Part shown: piece by piece, positions 35,293-35,564 of the stretch
Position numbering within the stretch: the stretch's first letter is position 1
How the letters are laid out: each line of letters opens with the position of its first letter
Origin: Bigelowiella natans CCMP2755
Taxonomy: Eukaryota; Protista; Cercozoa
NCBI GenBank assembly: GCA_000320545.1
Contig: ADNK01000183.1
Location: 1 to 35,564 of the forward strand
DNA: 35,564 nucleotides
Direction: 5' to 3'
Notes under the pieces: model-generated
What the model was told of the DNA's origin: nothing
The model's input: only the letters and a program-made list of their open reading frames with translations
Databases searched by the model: none
Made by a program: the position numbers and the translations under genes

Positions 35293-35564
35293 CATCTGTC
35301 TGTCCATCTTTTGTCCTTCCCCGCCCCCTCCCCAACCAGACGGAGCAGAGGTGTGCAGTGTGTTTGTTGGATGCCCCCCCCCACCCTGTAGAAGCGGTCA
35401 ATGATCCCAAAGTGCACGATGTAGACCTCCAGATCAAGATGCCCAAGCAAGCGAATCATCGATTACAAATTGTTGAAATCAGTGACCGGCGAGGATTGCT
35501 GCCATGCACGGACTTTGCACTGCCAACCTCGCAGAACAAGAGCTCGGGAAACCCCCCCCCTCCC
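34083..35564 (-). pseudogene. Degenerate intron-containing gene with a long acidic tract, basic NLS-like segment and PIP-box-like motif, inside the TpA-erased domain
   Basis: Asp/Glu-rich frame 34358-34790 (GDDSDEDPDDDKEDD…), a frameshifted continuation (GESGEDEDETLRIITIDVE*), then KRGKKKKRETSQSGINDFFSKKPRK followed by a GTGAGT donor. An upstream exon-like segment (~35385-35535) has an in-frame stop. Confidence 0.4.

Noticed and set aside
30620-35564. CpG-methylation decay or classical RIP as the cause of the CA/TG excess
   Set aside because: CpG remains common in these domains and TpA is what is missing; RIP would increase TpA.

Overview
Eukaryotic nuclear DNA from an intron-rich protist. 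Most introns in the compact genes are 50-100 nt and mainly GT-AG, with some GC-AG. The style resembles a rhizarian/chlorarachniophyte-type genome, but that is inference only. Spliced genes reconstructed by hand: a microsatellite-riddled exocyst Sec6/EXOC3-like gene (+), MOB1 (-), a three-cNMP-domain PKG-architecture kinase (+), LSm1 (-), a secreted DUF6473/SGNH-like protein (+), a GRK-like kinase with a C-terminal CVLS CaaX box (+), and an unknown membrane-anchored protein (-). The standout signal is not a gene. Discrete intergenic/repeat domains (~10.1-11.5 kb, ~22.2-24.4 kb and ~30.6-35.6 kb, weaker at ~18.4-18.9 and ~27.7-28.3 kb) have almost completely lost the TpA dinucleotide, apparently by TpA->TpG/CpA transitions. 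CTAG is spared and CTA/TAG are partly spared. I found no TpA at all in 30620-32471. A likely fossil (TA)29 microsatellite and CA/TG reciprocal differences between repeat copies support the direction of change. This looks like a repeat- or heterochromatin-targeted 'inverse RIP' A-to-G (T-to-C) hypermutation system. All exon structures and dinucleotide counts were done by eye and need computational confirmation.
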